A stretch of 64,000 bases of DNA from Antedon mediterranea (taxonomy: Eukaryota > Animalia > Echinodermata): assembly GCF_964355755.1 (NCBI RefSeq), contig NC_092670.1, forward strand, positions 21,500,795-21,564,794, given 5' to 3'. The notes beneath the pieces were generated by a model that was given only the letters and a program-made list of their open reading frames with translations, made no database searches and had not been told where the DNA came from. The translations under genes were made by a program, and so were the position numbers. This document shows, piece after piece, positions 11,701 through 22,939 of this stretch. Positions within the stretch are counted from its first letter, which is position 1; each line of letters begins with the position of its first letter.

Positions 11701-13268
11701 GGCACGGGTCCTGTCTGCCAGGGCTTCATCTATGGCTTCATTTGACTGGTGTTCAACATTTAAGAAGGCCTGTTGTAGCACACTCTTAATCTTGCTATCA
11801 TTGCCGCTGTCTGGGAGCTGGCCAAGAAGCAGCTCAGCTGGGAACCTCTGGAGAGCAAACTCAGCAACTCTTGTTCCATCATGGCCGTCAAACATTCCAT
11901 ATAAATATGCTCCTGTGTCTGACCTAAATTTATATTCAAAGTATAGTTTAAAAAGGCATTAAGTTTCAGTGTTCTGAAAAAATACCAGGGTAAGATTTCA
12001 CAAATGAATATAGGGTCTGGCATAATTTACAGTCATTAATTCTTTATATTAGAATTTCCAGTCTATTATTAAATCCCAGTGAAGTGAATTCACAGGGTTC
12101 CTTAAACAATTCCTAGGATTGTTCATTCTATTCCCAGGTTCTTCATAATGTTCTTTGCTAAAATTCCTAAAGTTCTTTAAAATTCCAATGGTTCTTAATA
12201 AAATTCCCAGAGTTCTTTAAAATTCCTAGTGTTCTTAATAAAATTCCTGGGGTTCTTAATAATATTCCTAGGGTTCTTAATAATATTCCTAGGGTTCTTA
12301 ATAATATTCCTAGTGTTCTTAATAATATTCTTAGAGTTTTTCATAATAGGTTCTTTTGTTAGCAATCACTGGATCATTTGAGTAATCCCCTCAGGGTCAA
12401 ACAATGTTAAATACACTCAACTTGATATACTATACATAAAATAAATTGTCCATTTAATTCAAGTACGCTTACTTAAAATGAAAGAATCTATCTTCAAACT
12501 CATGCTCTTCATTTCGGCCACCATCAGGACGATAAACTTGGTTCGTTGAAAACCCAACAGCTGACAAGTGGCAAACCGGAAGATCGTCCGTCCAACTTAT
12601 AGCCTATATTGGTGAAAAAATATTAATATATTACATTATTATTATTATAATTACAAAATTTAAATAGTATAATTATAATACATTGCTTTCATTTAAAATA
12701 TCTACTGAAAGAAAATAACCAGCAATTTAGAATTAATATTCTTCCAACATTTAATTTAGTCCTAGACGAGGTTATATTATTTTGTTAAATTATTTGTTCA
12801 ATTATTAGTTCATTAAATTAATAATTTATTAATTTATGCCTATACTATATAGATCCGGCCTAATTAGTCTAGCTAGCTAGGCTAGGCCTACCTAGTACTA
12901 CTAGGCCTAGTCTAGTTAGTAATTAATAGTAGGCCTACAAACACATTTTATTTTCGTTTACTTACTTATTTACTATTATTTACTTAAACTATCTAAAAAT
13001 AGGCTAGGTGTGTCCAACCTAGCGCACTACCACAATAAGATAACGCCGGTATGCCACTAGCTAGGCCTACACTACAGTAGAACGGATAGGCCATTTAACC
13101 AACTTACACCACACACAGCCCGCACCCTATTTATCAAGGGGATGTGATACGGCGTTTTATAGATAGCATAAATAGCCTAGTAGGCCTAGATAAATATAAA
13201 TCTACCTATACACCTACCTGATGCCCTACAACTGGCCGTTTGTGAAGTTTAAATTGGGGAGAGGACAT
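8713..13268 (-). CDS. TAB1: TAK1-binding protein 1 (PP2C-like), 6 coding exons
   Basis: Exons 13268-13218, 12603-12473, 11923-11683, 11543-11405, 11066-10841 and 9493-8713, all GT-AG and in phase. Motifs SWTDDLPVCHLS, PAELLLGQL, NEDELLRLDQLGLD, DITLLVRNF, PVTVPYS and C-terminal SYVDFTEF (TAK1-binding PYVDFAEF in human). Confidence 0.95.
9588..10537. mobile_element. Putative Crypton-like non-autonomous element in the last TAB1 intron, ending in a ~190-bp palindrome
   Basis: Palindrome at ~10346-10533 centred on CTCAGCTGGCGCTTCGGG. Left end ATTACATAGCC...GTGATTGGTTGAAA. Two ~60-bp direct repeats at 9670-9785. Class assigned by resemblance only. Confidence 0.45.
11089..11360 (-). mobile_element. 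5'-truncated L2/CR1-group LINE 3' end
   Basis: Translates to [36 protein letters not shown], a typical L2 ORF2 C-terminus. Ends GGCGCTATACAAAT plus (ATT)n. Second copy at ~51830-52118. Confidence 0.85.
12160..12350. repeat. Degenerate ~21-bp tandem repeat (GTTCTTAATAAAATTCCTAGG)
   Basis: About 8 visible copies in TAB1 intron 2. Confidence 0.8.
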
Positions 13269-13500
13269 TTTGTTTAGTTATCTTTGTATTAACATCTGAA
13301 AAATAATAGATTTTCAGTGATTTTTTTATACTTAAAAAAATTCCCGAAACAAAAATAACTGAACCATGACTTCTGACCTTTAACCTGTGGACGAAATGTC
13401 AAAAATGGTACAGTCCATACATCAAAAAACCACACACACAACTAAACATCATAACAATCAACATACACATCACACAAAATCACAACAAGGAGGAGTGTAA
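13269..13500. promoter_or_regulatory. Bidirectional promoter TAB1/LYRM1
   Basis: Divergent ATGs only 232 bp apart. Confidence 0.8.
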
Positions 13501-14449
13501 ATGGACAGAGTAAAAGTTTTATCGTTATACCGTCGGTTTCTGAAACTTTCAAAGACGTGGGAATCTACTTCAGGAAACAAGCAAGATACATTTGCTGAAA
13601 GAAAATACATCAAGGATGAAACAAGAACATTGTTCAAGAAAAATAAGGAGGTACAGTTTGTGCAAAAGGAGAGACATAACTTCTGGAGCAATTTTGAATT
13701 AAAAAAAAATCTAAATGTAAATTTGCTTATTTTACAGGTGACAGGAGATAAAGAAATAGGACTTTGTATACAGGAAGCAGACACTCGCCTTGAAATGGGT
13801 AATAATGTCCATGTGACTAAAAGCATAATCATATTATATTATATTGCTTGAAGGTTTGCATGGAAAAATCAAATGTTGATATAAAGTTTGTGGTACACCA
13901 CATGTATTAAATTCTGAAAAGAACTGTTGAGTTTCTCGACGTTTCGATCAATATGCTTTGATCGTCCTCACCTGAGGACGTTCAAAGCATATTGATCAAA
14001 ACATTAAGAAACTCAACAGTTTATTTCTGAACTAATGCACATGGTGTACCGCAAACTTTATATCAACATAATCATATTCCGAAAAAATATTAAAAATAAA
14101 AATCCTTCCCATACCTATTATAATTATAGTTTAATTTCTATGCAATATGTCTTAGTTATTGCATAAAAAGAACTCATCATTGATTTTCTGTTAATCAATT
14201 TGATATAAATTCATTTTTTCAGCACTCCACTATGGCACACCCTTTCCTAGACCGGTAAGTTAATAACAAACTATTTTGTTATCCATACACACCCACAAGA
14301 CTTCCCCATTATGCACTTATGTTTAATTTTTGCAGATGAACATTCCACACCGTGGATTACCAATGTCAATGAGCAAAGGAAAAAAGGCACAAGAAAGATT
14401 ACGAAGACTATCAAAACCAGTTTATCTTCACTCGCATGACGAAACATGA
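13501..14449 (+). CDS. LYRM1: LYR motif-containing protein 1, 118 aa
   Basis: Exons 13501-13650, 13738-13798, 14223-14254 and 14336-14449 total 357 nt. VLSLYRRFLKLSKTW, EADTRLEMALHYGTPFPRPMN, SKPVYLHSHDE. Confidence 0.93.
13873..14069. mobile_element. Inverted pair of Penelope-like pseudo-LTR remnants (197-bp palindrome) with hammerhead-like cores
   Basis: Palindrome centred at ~13971. Plus arm CTGAGGACGTTCAAAGCATATTGATCAAAAC; minus arm GTGAGGACGATCAAAGCATATTGATCGAAACGTCGAG. Confidence 0.65.
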
Positions 14450-15574
14450 AGCAAACTGCCCCGCCCCAAAAGACTAGCGACCATCTTTTGACATTTTACA
14501 CACAAACAAAATGATTGTTTATGTTCCTCCTCCTTTTCAGTGCAATTAGCAGAGATGTTGCCATGGTATCACCAGTTGCAAACTCTTATCTAGATCATCT
14601 GAGTGTCAAATGTCATTTTAGAATGTGCAGCACTGAGATACAGTACTGTATTTATGAACATTATAATGTACATCACCGCCCTCTATGTTTAAAATAGATG
14701 TATATTACGTTTACGTACCTCCTGTATGAATGAACTTTAAATTATATAAGAAATCAATTCTTTTATTGTCTTTCACGTCTTCATTCATGATGAAATCAGT
14801 CAAGACTTGGCAAACCTCTACCAAATGACATACTCATTATTACTAGTCAACTCTCCGAATACCAGACTCTGAAAACCAGAAACTCTCCCAATACTAGACT
14901 CTGAAAACCAGAAACTCTCCCAATACCAGACTTTTCTTGACCAGAAGGTCCCAAATTACTAAGTTACTATTAAAACACATTGCAAATACCAGACTTTCCA
15001 GATAACCGGACATATCTGGCCGGCCCAAAGGTGTGGCGAGAGTTGACTGTATACACATTTCATAACCTGCTCAAATGGCCTGGTGTTGGGTGTACTGGTC
15101 TTGCAGGCCCCAAAATTACTACAACATAATGTGTGTCTATTTGTCCTCTTTATTGGTTTTTCATTGCACATTACATATGCATTAATAAATATTTACATAT
15201 TCATACAGTATTATAATTACTTGCAAATTGGAATAATAAGTACAATTACAGAGTATAAATTATTTATTAAATAATTGTTGGCTCTCTTCCGGACTGAGAT
15301 CCAAATATATCCATTTAGATTTGTTCAGGCTTACATGCAACTGGCCATAAATAATAAACAATTTATACTCTTAAATTAAGAGAGTACCCAGTATTCAATG
15401 TATAGATAAATAAAATATATTTAAAATAATACATTTATTGATTAAACTATCTCTCCACCACCAGAAAATATTAATCTGTAAAAAGCTGATGACGAATGAA
15501 TGATTCATTTTTCTTGACAATAACAACTCTAATTCTCAAAGACTCCTTTGTAAATGCTAAATACGTATATCACC

Positions 15575-15792
15575 CGATTCCCAGTGCTGTATCTCTACAT
15601 ACTATCTATTTCCGAAGTATCGTAGCAATATTTGGTACTACAGCATCTCATTATATCAAATGTGGTGCCTGTATCATGTAAGGTTAGGTTAAGGGTTAGT
15701 TTACTACTAGATACATGTGAAACACATGTGATGTTGTATTACCACATATTCCAATGATACTTTGGAAATAGATACAGTACTGAGAATCGGCT
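15575..15792. mobile_element. Small degenerate TIR element with a central GGTTAGG repeat
   Basis: CCGATTCCCAGTGCTGTATCT...AGATACAGTACTGAGAATCGG inverted ends around AGGTTAGGTTAAGGGTTAG. Confidence 0.55.
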
Positions 15793-16290
15793 GTACAATA
15801 CACAATATTATTTCACATATTCTGATCTTGCCATATATGATGAGTGGATTATTTTGGTCCAAAACAAAACTCTTTTCTTGCTGGATTAAAAACTGCCTGA
15901 ACCATCATATATAGCAGATAATTCTTCAGTCCACTGAAGTAACACTATGGGCCTGATTTATAGGTTCATGGTAGTACAATACCACCAAGACTAGTCATAC
16001 AGAATAAATTTGGAAAGAATCTATAAAAACCTTAACAGATTTATTATCAATTGCACCCTAGTGTTTCTCTTCAATGAATCTTACAAGAATATTTCAGCAT
16101 GCCACCTATCACTCACTATGGAACATTCTACAGCCAGCCTAAAGTTGACTCCCTCAGACCATTGCAGCAAGTCATCCAGTGGATACATCTAGAAATTATC
16201 ATCTTCTGTAAGGTGCCTATGACTCTAATCAACACAATATTCTATTACGTATTCCTATTTCGAATCAAAGAATTCACAACTTTATCTAGG

Positions 16291-19200
16291 TCAATCAAGG
16301 AAAAAGATATTGCTGAATTGAGCTGCACATAATCTTTTGACTTCCTCTGAAAAAGAAAAAAAAAACACAGAATGCAGAACATTATACCAAGGCTTTTCAA
16401 GGTGTTTTAAAGCTCTCTCTACACTATCAAACTAGATTGACAAAAAAAGTGATGTACCCAAATATGGTGGTGATGTGGCCAAATAAGTTAGTGATATGGC
16501 ATCATCATGTCCATATATGGCGCATCACACTTTTTTGTAACATAAAGTTTGATAGTGTAGACAGAGTTTAATGTTACAGAAACTGAGAAATGCACAGTTG
16601 CACCGCTCCTATGGAAGTTTTACGTCTTATTTTAGAAATGTATTGTTCTTACCGTTGACCTCAATTAAGTTACTGTTCTTAAGATTCAGAACTACGTAGA
16701 ATTCACGTTGATCAGACTTTTTTCCTGCAACCCAACATTCTGATGATGTCTTCATTATGGTTTCTTCGTCAAATTCTGATCTATAACAAAAATAATTCTC
16801 AACATCAGAACACATTTCATGTACAGTTGTAACATGAAGCATGTGACCTGTGGCCTTGTGTTGTGACCTGAACTTGTCATGTGACTCAGTAATTCAGTAA
16901 ACATCTTCACTTTTCAAATAAATTTTTACCTCATAAAATCTGAATTGATGTCTGCAAGGAGTCTAAGAATATCAGGACTGATGATGGAGCTAGACGTTTT
17001 CCTGTTGTGGACAGTTGATTTTTCAGCTAGGTTCATTTGGTTGAAGTAGACAAATTTAAATTCTTGACTAATGCTGAAAACAAATGTTATACAGTAGGGT
17101 TAACTGATAAAAATGCCAAAGAGAATGCTGAAAGCCTACTTGCAAAATGGCAGTATTTGTGAAGGAGTGTGAGTGTTTATTAAATATAGCTCACTACAAT
17201 ATGCATTTACTACTAAACTGTATACATGATATGCAAGGTACAGACAATTATACAGATACAGAGGGGATAATTATTTACATCTAAACATCCATACAAAATC
17301 CAAACATTCAACTAAATAATGCAAAAGCGTGAGTATCAACACATTTAAATTAGCTGTTCCATCTAATATACATCACCCCTCACCTCCTTACTGGTGTCAA
17401 ACTGAAGTTCCGACTTTGTTTATGAATGAAGCAAAACAGATGAAGAAAAGCATAATAAATGAATAGCCAGCATTAGAAATGTACTACAGTATTTAAAAAT
17501 CCCACATATCTAATAATTTCGTAAAATTTGAGAAATGTAACAAGATGGAAAAGTGATATTAAATACCTTGGTGATCGTCTGCTAGACTGTTGTTCACTAA
17601 TGTCTGAGGCTAACTTTGTCAGTTGTGGTCCAATAAAGTTATCAATTTCTTTAAACCAATTAAAACTAGGAATTGAATCAGCTGCAGGGAAAAAACATGT
17701 ATAGAATAAAATAGTTTGATATCAAAATCCTGGATAGTGTGGTTTTTCAGAGTACATACAGCTAAGGAAGCATGTCTAAAAAAACTGCACTATTGTAATA
17801 AATTACCATTCCTTAATCATAGTATCATAGTGTCTACATGAACATTCTAGAATAAGAGTATGTCTTGATTTAAGAAACCATGTATAGTTAATATAAGAAC
17901 AATCAGGAACATTCCAGAAGTGCTATTAATAGAAACTGTAATCCAATAGAATAAGAAGTATAAGGAATGATCTAGAAGGTTATGAACATATTGTATATAA
18001 GGGGAAGTATGACAATTGTAAGAGGGAGAAGGATTTTTTGATTGAAGCATTTATTTTGAAGAAGGTTGGATATTAGAGGTTGGATATTAGATGTTGGATA
18101 TTAGAGGTTGGATATTTGATTGTAAAAGTTATTGTGAAGCTGTTGTTTAAAGTGCTTACTGGATTGTTGAAAGTTGAAGTTGATTGAAATTAAAGCTTTG
18201 TTTTTGAGTTATTTTACAACTTTGTGGATTTTGTATTTATACTTCCAGTCACAAGAGAGTTCCTAAAGTATTTTCAACCGCTTGGAAACATACATAAGAG
18301 GAATTTGTGACACTATATACAGGGGAATCTAGCTAGCTAGAAAGATCACAAGTCATTGGAATCGAACCAAGGCCATTACAACATAAAAATAGAATATAAA
18401 AGAGCATACCTTCTACCATTAGACAGACTGTTGCACTTAAGGCCTGAAAAGAATTTATTTTATTTTTATTATGGCAATGATACACATTTGAATTTTTATT
18501 GTAAGTTGAAGTAATCCATCTCCTTGGTAATTGCCATATGAGGGATGAATACAGATATATACTGATACTGATTTGAACAAACATACAGAAGAAAACTGCT
18601 CATTGAACAGCGAACTCATACATACCCTATATACTACTAAATGCAATGCTGTTTGTTCTGTATTTGAATTAACATGAATTTTAGGAATTTTCCCTAAATT
18701 CTGTGCATCTGAAAGATCTGGAGGACCAGTTACATACCTGAAAACATGAATATTAATTATATACAAATCTACTGTTTACAATAATAGAAGCTGATGTCTT
18801 TTAAATTGTTTAAATAATAGCCTCTACTTTTATTATACAGTCTCCCAATTTTTCATTTTTCTAATTTGGGATATCTGCAATTTATATTTCATGCCAGAAG
18901 CCTCATTAATTACCCTGCCTATTTCATGTTATTAGCAGCAATATCGTTAATGTAAGATACATACTTTCCATAGTGAGAAGAAGAAACAGCCTGACCCAAA
19001 AGTACTTTAGACGGTGGTGCCTCTTTCAACTTTAAAAGAAAAATTAATTACGGTATTCTTAATTTAGTATACAAATTCAAATCTCAGATACTGTAGTGTA
19101 CATTTGGCAGAGATGTTGCAAGGGTAATAAGGAACTGTTCGTGAAGGCAGTTCGGCACATGCCAGTACTGGCATGTGTATCACAAAATATTTTGCTGATG

Positions 19201-22200
19201 TGTTTCAAAATCAACACTTTAAACCATCAAATTATTTTACAAAAAATATATATAAAATGTTAGTTACAGTAGTTGCAAGCTTACCTCTGTATCTAGAGAT
19301 GTTGGAAAAAGGTTGGTTGTCAGATACCTGTATAACACTCTCATGTCATCTTGCTCTAACCCACTCCTAAAAATACATCAAGACGGCAGTACATTATTTT
19401 GCTGTATATTCTTGATTCCCTTTGAAAACATTTAGGAAATCAGCGAGTGAAAATTAAATATACTTACCATACTAAATGATCATTGTACAAGAATGCTGTG
19501 TGTTTTATTCGACTGAAAGAAAAGCATTATTTCTGCAAATTAGTCAAGTTTAAGTCTGCGCAAGTTAGGCTCAAGTCTAAGCCTGTGCAAAGTTAGGCTC
19601 AAGTCTAAGTCTGTGCAAAGTTAGGCTCAAGTCTAAAGCTGTGCAAGTTAGGCTCAAGTCTAAACCTGCACAAAGTTAGGCTCAAGTCTAAGTCTGTGCA
19701 AGTTAGGCTCAAGTCTAAACCTGTGCAGGTTAGGCTCAAGTCTAAACCTGTGCAGGTTAGGCTCAAGTCTAAACCTGAGCAAGTTAGGCTCAAGTCAAAG
19801 CCTTCGCAAGTTAGGCTCAAATCTATGCTTGTACAAGTTAGGCTAAAGTCTAAGCCTGTGCAAGTTAGGCTCAAATCTATGCTTGTACAAGTTAGACTAA
19901 AGTCTAAGCCTGTGCAAGTTAGGCTCAAATCTAAGCTTGCACAAGTTAGGCTTAAGTCTAAGCCTGCACAAGTTAGGCTCAAGTCAAAGCCTGTGCAAGT
20001 TAGGCTCAAATCTATGCTTGTACAAGTTAGGCTCAAGTCTAAGCCTGCACAAGTTAGGCTCAAATCTAAGGTTGCACAAGTTAGGCTAAAGTCTAAGCCT
20101 GTGCAAGTTAGGCTCAAATCTATGCTTGTACAAGTTAGGCTCAAGTCTAAGCCTGTACAAGTTAGGCTCAAATCTAAGGTTGCACAAGTTAGGCTAAAGT
20201 CTAAGCCTGTGCAAGTTAGGCTCAAATCTATGCTTGTACAAGTTAGGCTCAAGTCTAAGCCTGCACAAGTTAGGTTCAAATCTAAGGTTGCACAAGTTAG
20301 GCTAAAGTCTAAGCCTGTGCAAGTTAGGCTCAAATCTAAGCTTGCACAAGTTAAACTCAAGTCTAAGCCTGCACAAGTTAAACTCAAGTCTGTGCAACTT
20401 TTTTTTAAATTAAGTAAAATAAATATTTAAATTATTTACAATTAATACCTTACCTAAAATTTGCTTCAATGAGGTTGATAAAACATTGTATTCTAAGATA
20501 AGTATTTTTGTCAAGAGGAAGAAATTGTATTCCAGCATGGACATCCAAAATATCACATTGGCTTAATTTCAAAGTTGAAATATACTGGAAAAAAGAAACA
20601 AAAAATGATAAGCAAGCATTCATTTATAATAGTCAGGAATGAAATATACCATATCATTTACAGTTAATAAAATCAATTTTATTAATCAATTTTAATAATT
20701 GTCTTACCCGATTAAAGAAATGAGCTAACCTATGCTGTAACTGTTCAACGTTTGTACGTTTAAGTATTCCATAAAAAGTTCCCATAAATAACTGCAAAAC
20801 GAAAAAATATTTCTTGTCATGTTTTCTTACACTACGCTAAAGCTTTGTCTACACTAACAAACTTTATGTGAAAACAAAATTTAATGTTCCCATGTATGAT
20901 CATTATGATGTCATAGCACTACCATATTTAAGCATATCACTACCATATTCAGGCACATCACACTTTTTTGTCAAAGTAATTTGATAGTGTATACAATTAA
21001 AATGGAAATGCATTAAATGCGAGTTTCACAAGGCTAATATGTGGTACTGTACCAGGCTTCTTTCTGTTAGATAGAGATATATATATGGCAATACCTTAAA
21101 CATTTTATAAGCCTGTGTGAGTACTGCCTGGTATACTGAATCTTGTACATCATCTGGATGATACTCTCGTAGTGGCTTGCCATCTACAACCTTTTCTGTA
21201 TATGGTATAGCTACAGTCTGCAAAAGAACCAAAAACATCTCTTATTTAATAATCATTTATCCACCATTTACCATTCAAGACTGTCGATTGTTTGTAATGC
21301 GTTCTTCTTACCATGACCATCCAAAAGTCTTTCTCAGCCTCAAGAAAGAGCTGCCTGTTTTTCTGTGTATGTATGGCTTCACAAGGTTTATTTGGTAAAA
21401 ATGTTCTGTAAAGAAAGACAAACATTTATAAATTTAAGCTATTAGTTAGAAAATCTTTCATGGCGAGTTAAAGCTATGATGGAGCAGCATTAAATTATTT
21501 TTGTTTCTTTCTGGTAATAACATACAATGTTTGTAAATGTTTTTTTCTTCAGAAATTGTGTCTTTAGTTTATGTTTTTATTTAGAATAAAAACGGAGGAG
21601 GAGTAAAATCCAATGATGGGTGGACCCCAATAACCAATGATGGGCCAAATAATATTGGTCTCCACCCATCATTGGATTTACTACTCCTCCATTTTAATTC
21701 TCCATCTTCTGCAAATTTGACATACAAAAGAAAACATAAATTCAAACATATATTGCTGCACCTACTGAGTGAATTTAACTACAGCTTCACTGAGACCAAT
21801 GTTCTTTATTTTAACATCCAGCTGCTCTTTGTCTGGGTGATAGAACATAATCTTTTTGTGTTCCTGAAATAAAATAAAACATTTTATTTATTAAAAATGT
21901 GTAGAAACAATTTCTTGTTGGTATATTAATTATATATAACATAAATATTACTTAACACCCAGCTTAATAAAACGTAGGCCTATGCCTTTTCATTCACGTC
22001 TAGCAAGAAGCGGGGAATCCCCTAAACCAACCCAGTCACAGCAGGTAGGCTAGTGTGATTAATTAGTTCGGCGCGAGGCCTAGCTAAAATAGTAGGCTAG
22101 CCTGGCCCTAGGCTAGGCCCTCTAGGCCTAGTTTAAATAAAAAGTATGCTTTTATTAGGCCTACCTCTCCTTCTCGAGGTCCATATTCAGGATTATAGAT

Positions 22201-22242
22201 AAAGAAATTTAACAATGATATACAGGTTCGTGTAGTCATCAT
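16291..22242 (-). CDS. CCZ1: Vacuolar fusion protein CCZ1 (MON1-CCZ1 Rab7 GEF subunit), ~15 exons
   Basis: Exon 1 (22242-22165) encodes FFIYNPEYGPREGE. Internal GIQFLPLDKNTYLRIQCFIN, WSGLEQDDMRVLYRYLT and WVAGKKSDQREFYVVLN. Last exon EEVKRLCAAQFSNIFFLD*, with TGA at 16293-16291. Confidence 0.95.
16411..16568. mobile_element. ~155-bp PIF/Harbinger (Tourist-like) MITE, representative of ~10 copies
   Basis: TIR AGCTCTGTCTACACTATCAAACT, with TTA/TAA-like flanks. Other copies at ~20841-20994, 23269-23396, 33652-33778, 35717-35877, 36590-36710, 38571-38726, 39183-39336, 52929-53060 and 53990-54108. Confidence 0.9.
19545..20398. repeat. 30-bp minisatellite in a CCZ1 intron, with a 120-bp higher-order pattern
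   Basis: Unit approximately CAAGTTAGGCTCAAGTCTAAGCCTGTG plus variants, ~28 copies. The variants recur in a four-unit order between 19990 and 20340. Confidence 0.95.
21583..21700. repeat. Short foldback, MITE-like
   Basis: GGAGGAGTAAAATCCAATGATGGGTGGA...TCCACCCATCATTGGATTTACTACTCC. Confidence 0.7.
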
Positions 22243-22939
22243 AAACTTTGTGATGTTTTCCCCTCCATTAAATGAAAATTAAACAACCATGCCTCTAGGC
22301 CTAGCTGTAGATTCACCCGCACACACGTCAAATTCGTCTCTGTGACGTCTGCGTGGTCGAATCGTCTAATCCAATTTGGGGAAAACGTATAGCGCCCCTA
22401 ACGTTTATCTCTCATATGGGTACGGTGTTACTGTCTTGTTCATTATTGATAAACTACTTTGTTTGTACTCTCTGTACACACTACAAACAAACCTTCCACA
22501 TTTAAATGGATTACTCCCACCAATTCAATCATTGTTAGATACAAAGACAATAAAAACATACACTTTACAGATACAGTTTCATACATTTATTCAATCAATG
22601 TATAGTAAATGGAAATACATCATCAGCATATACAAACTGTACAACAAAAACCCAATTCTGGTGATTCTGACATTTTAATGATAGTAGCACCTCTCCATAA
22701 TCTCCATACTTTGGTAAAATCATAACCTTATTCCGTTCTACCTCAGGTCATTCAACGACGAATAAAAACACCAAAATAATGAGTATAGTATATCATACAG
22801 CATATTGATTACACTTCATATCATATATTTGTAAAGAGCAGCCAGGTATATGTTAAAACCCAGTTGAACATCAGAGTTGCATGGTTAAAATAATTCATGT
22901 AAATAACTATATTTCATCAAAAATATAACAATATTGTAT

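Noticed and set aside
19605-20430. 260-aa and 244-aa repeat ORFs resembling antifreeze or pentapeptide proteins
   Set aside because: They come from a 30-bp minisatellite inside a CCZ1 intron whose flanking exons join in frame without it.
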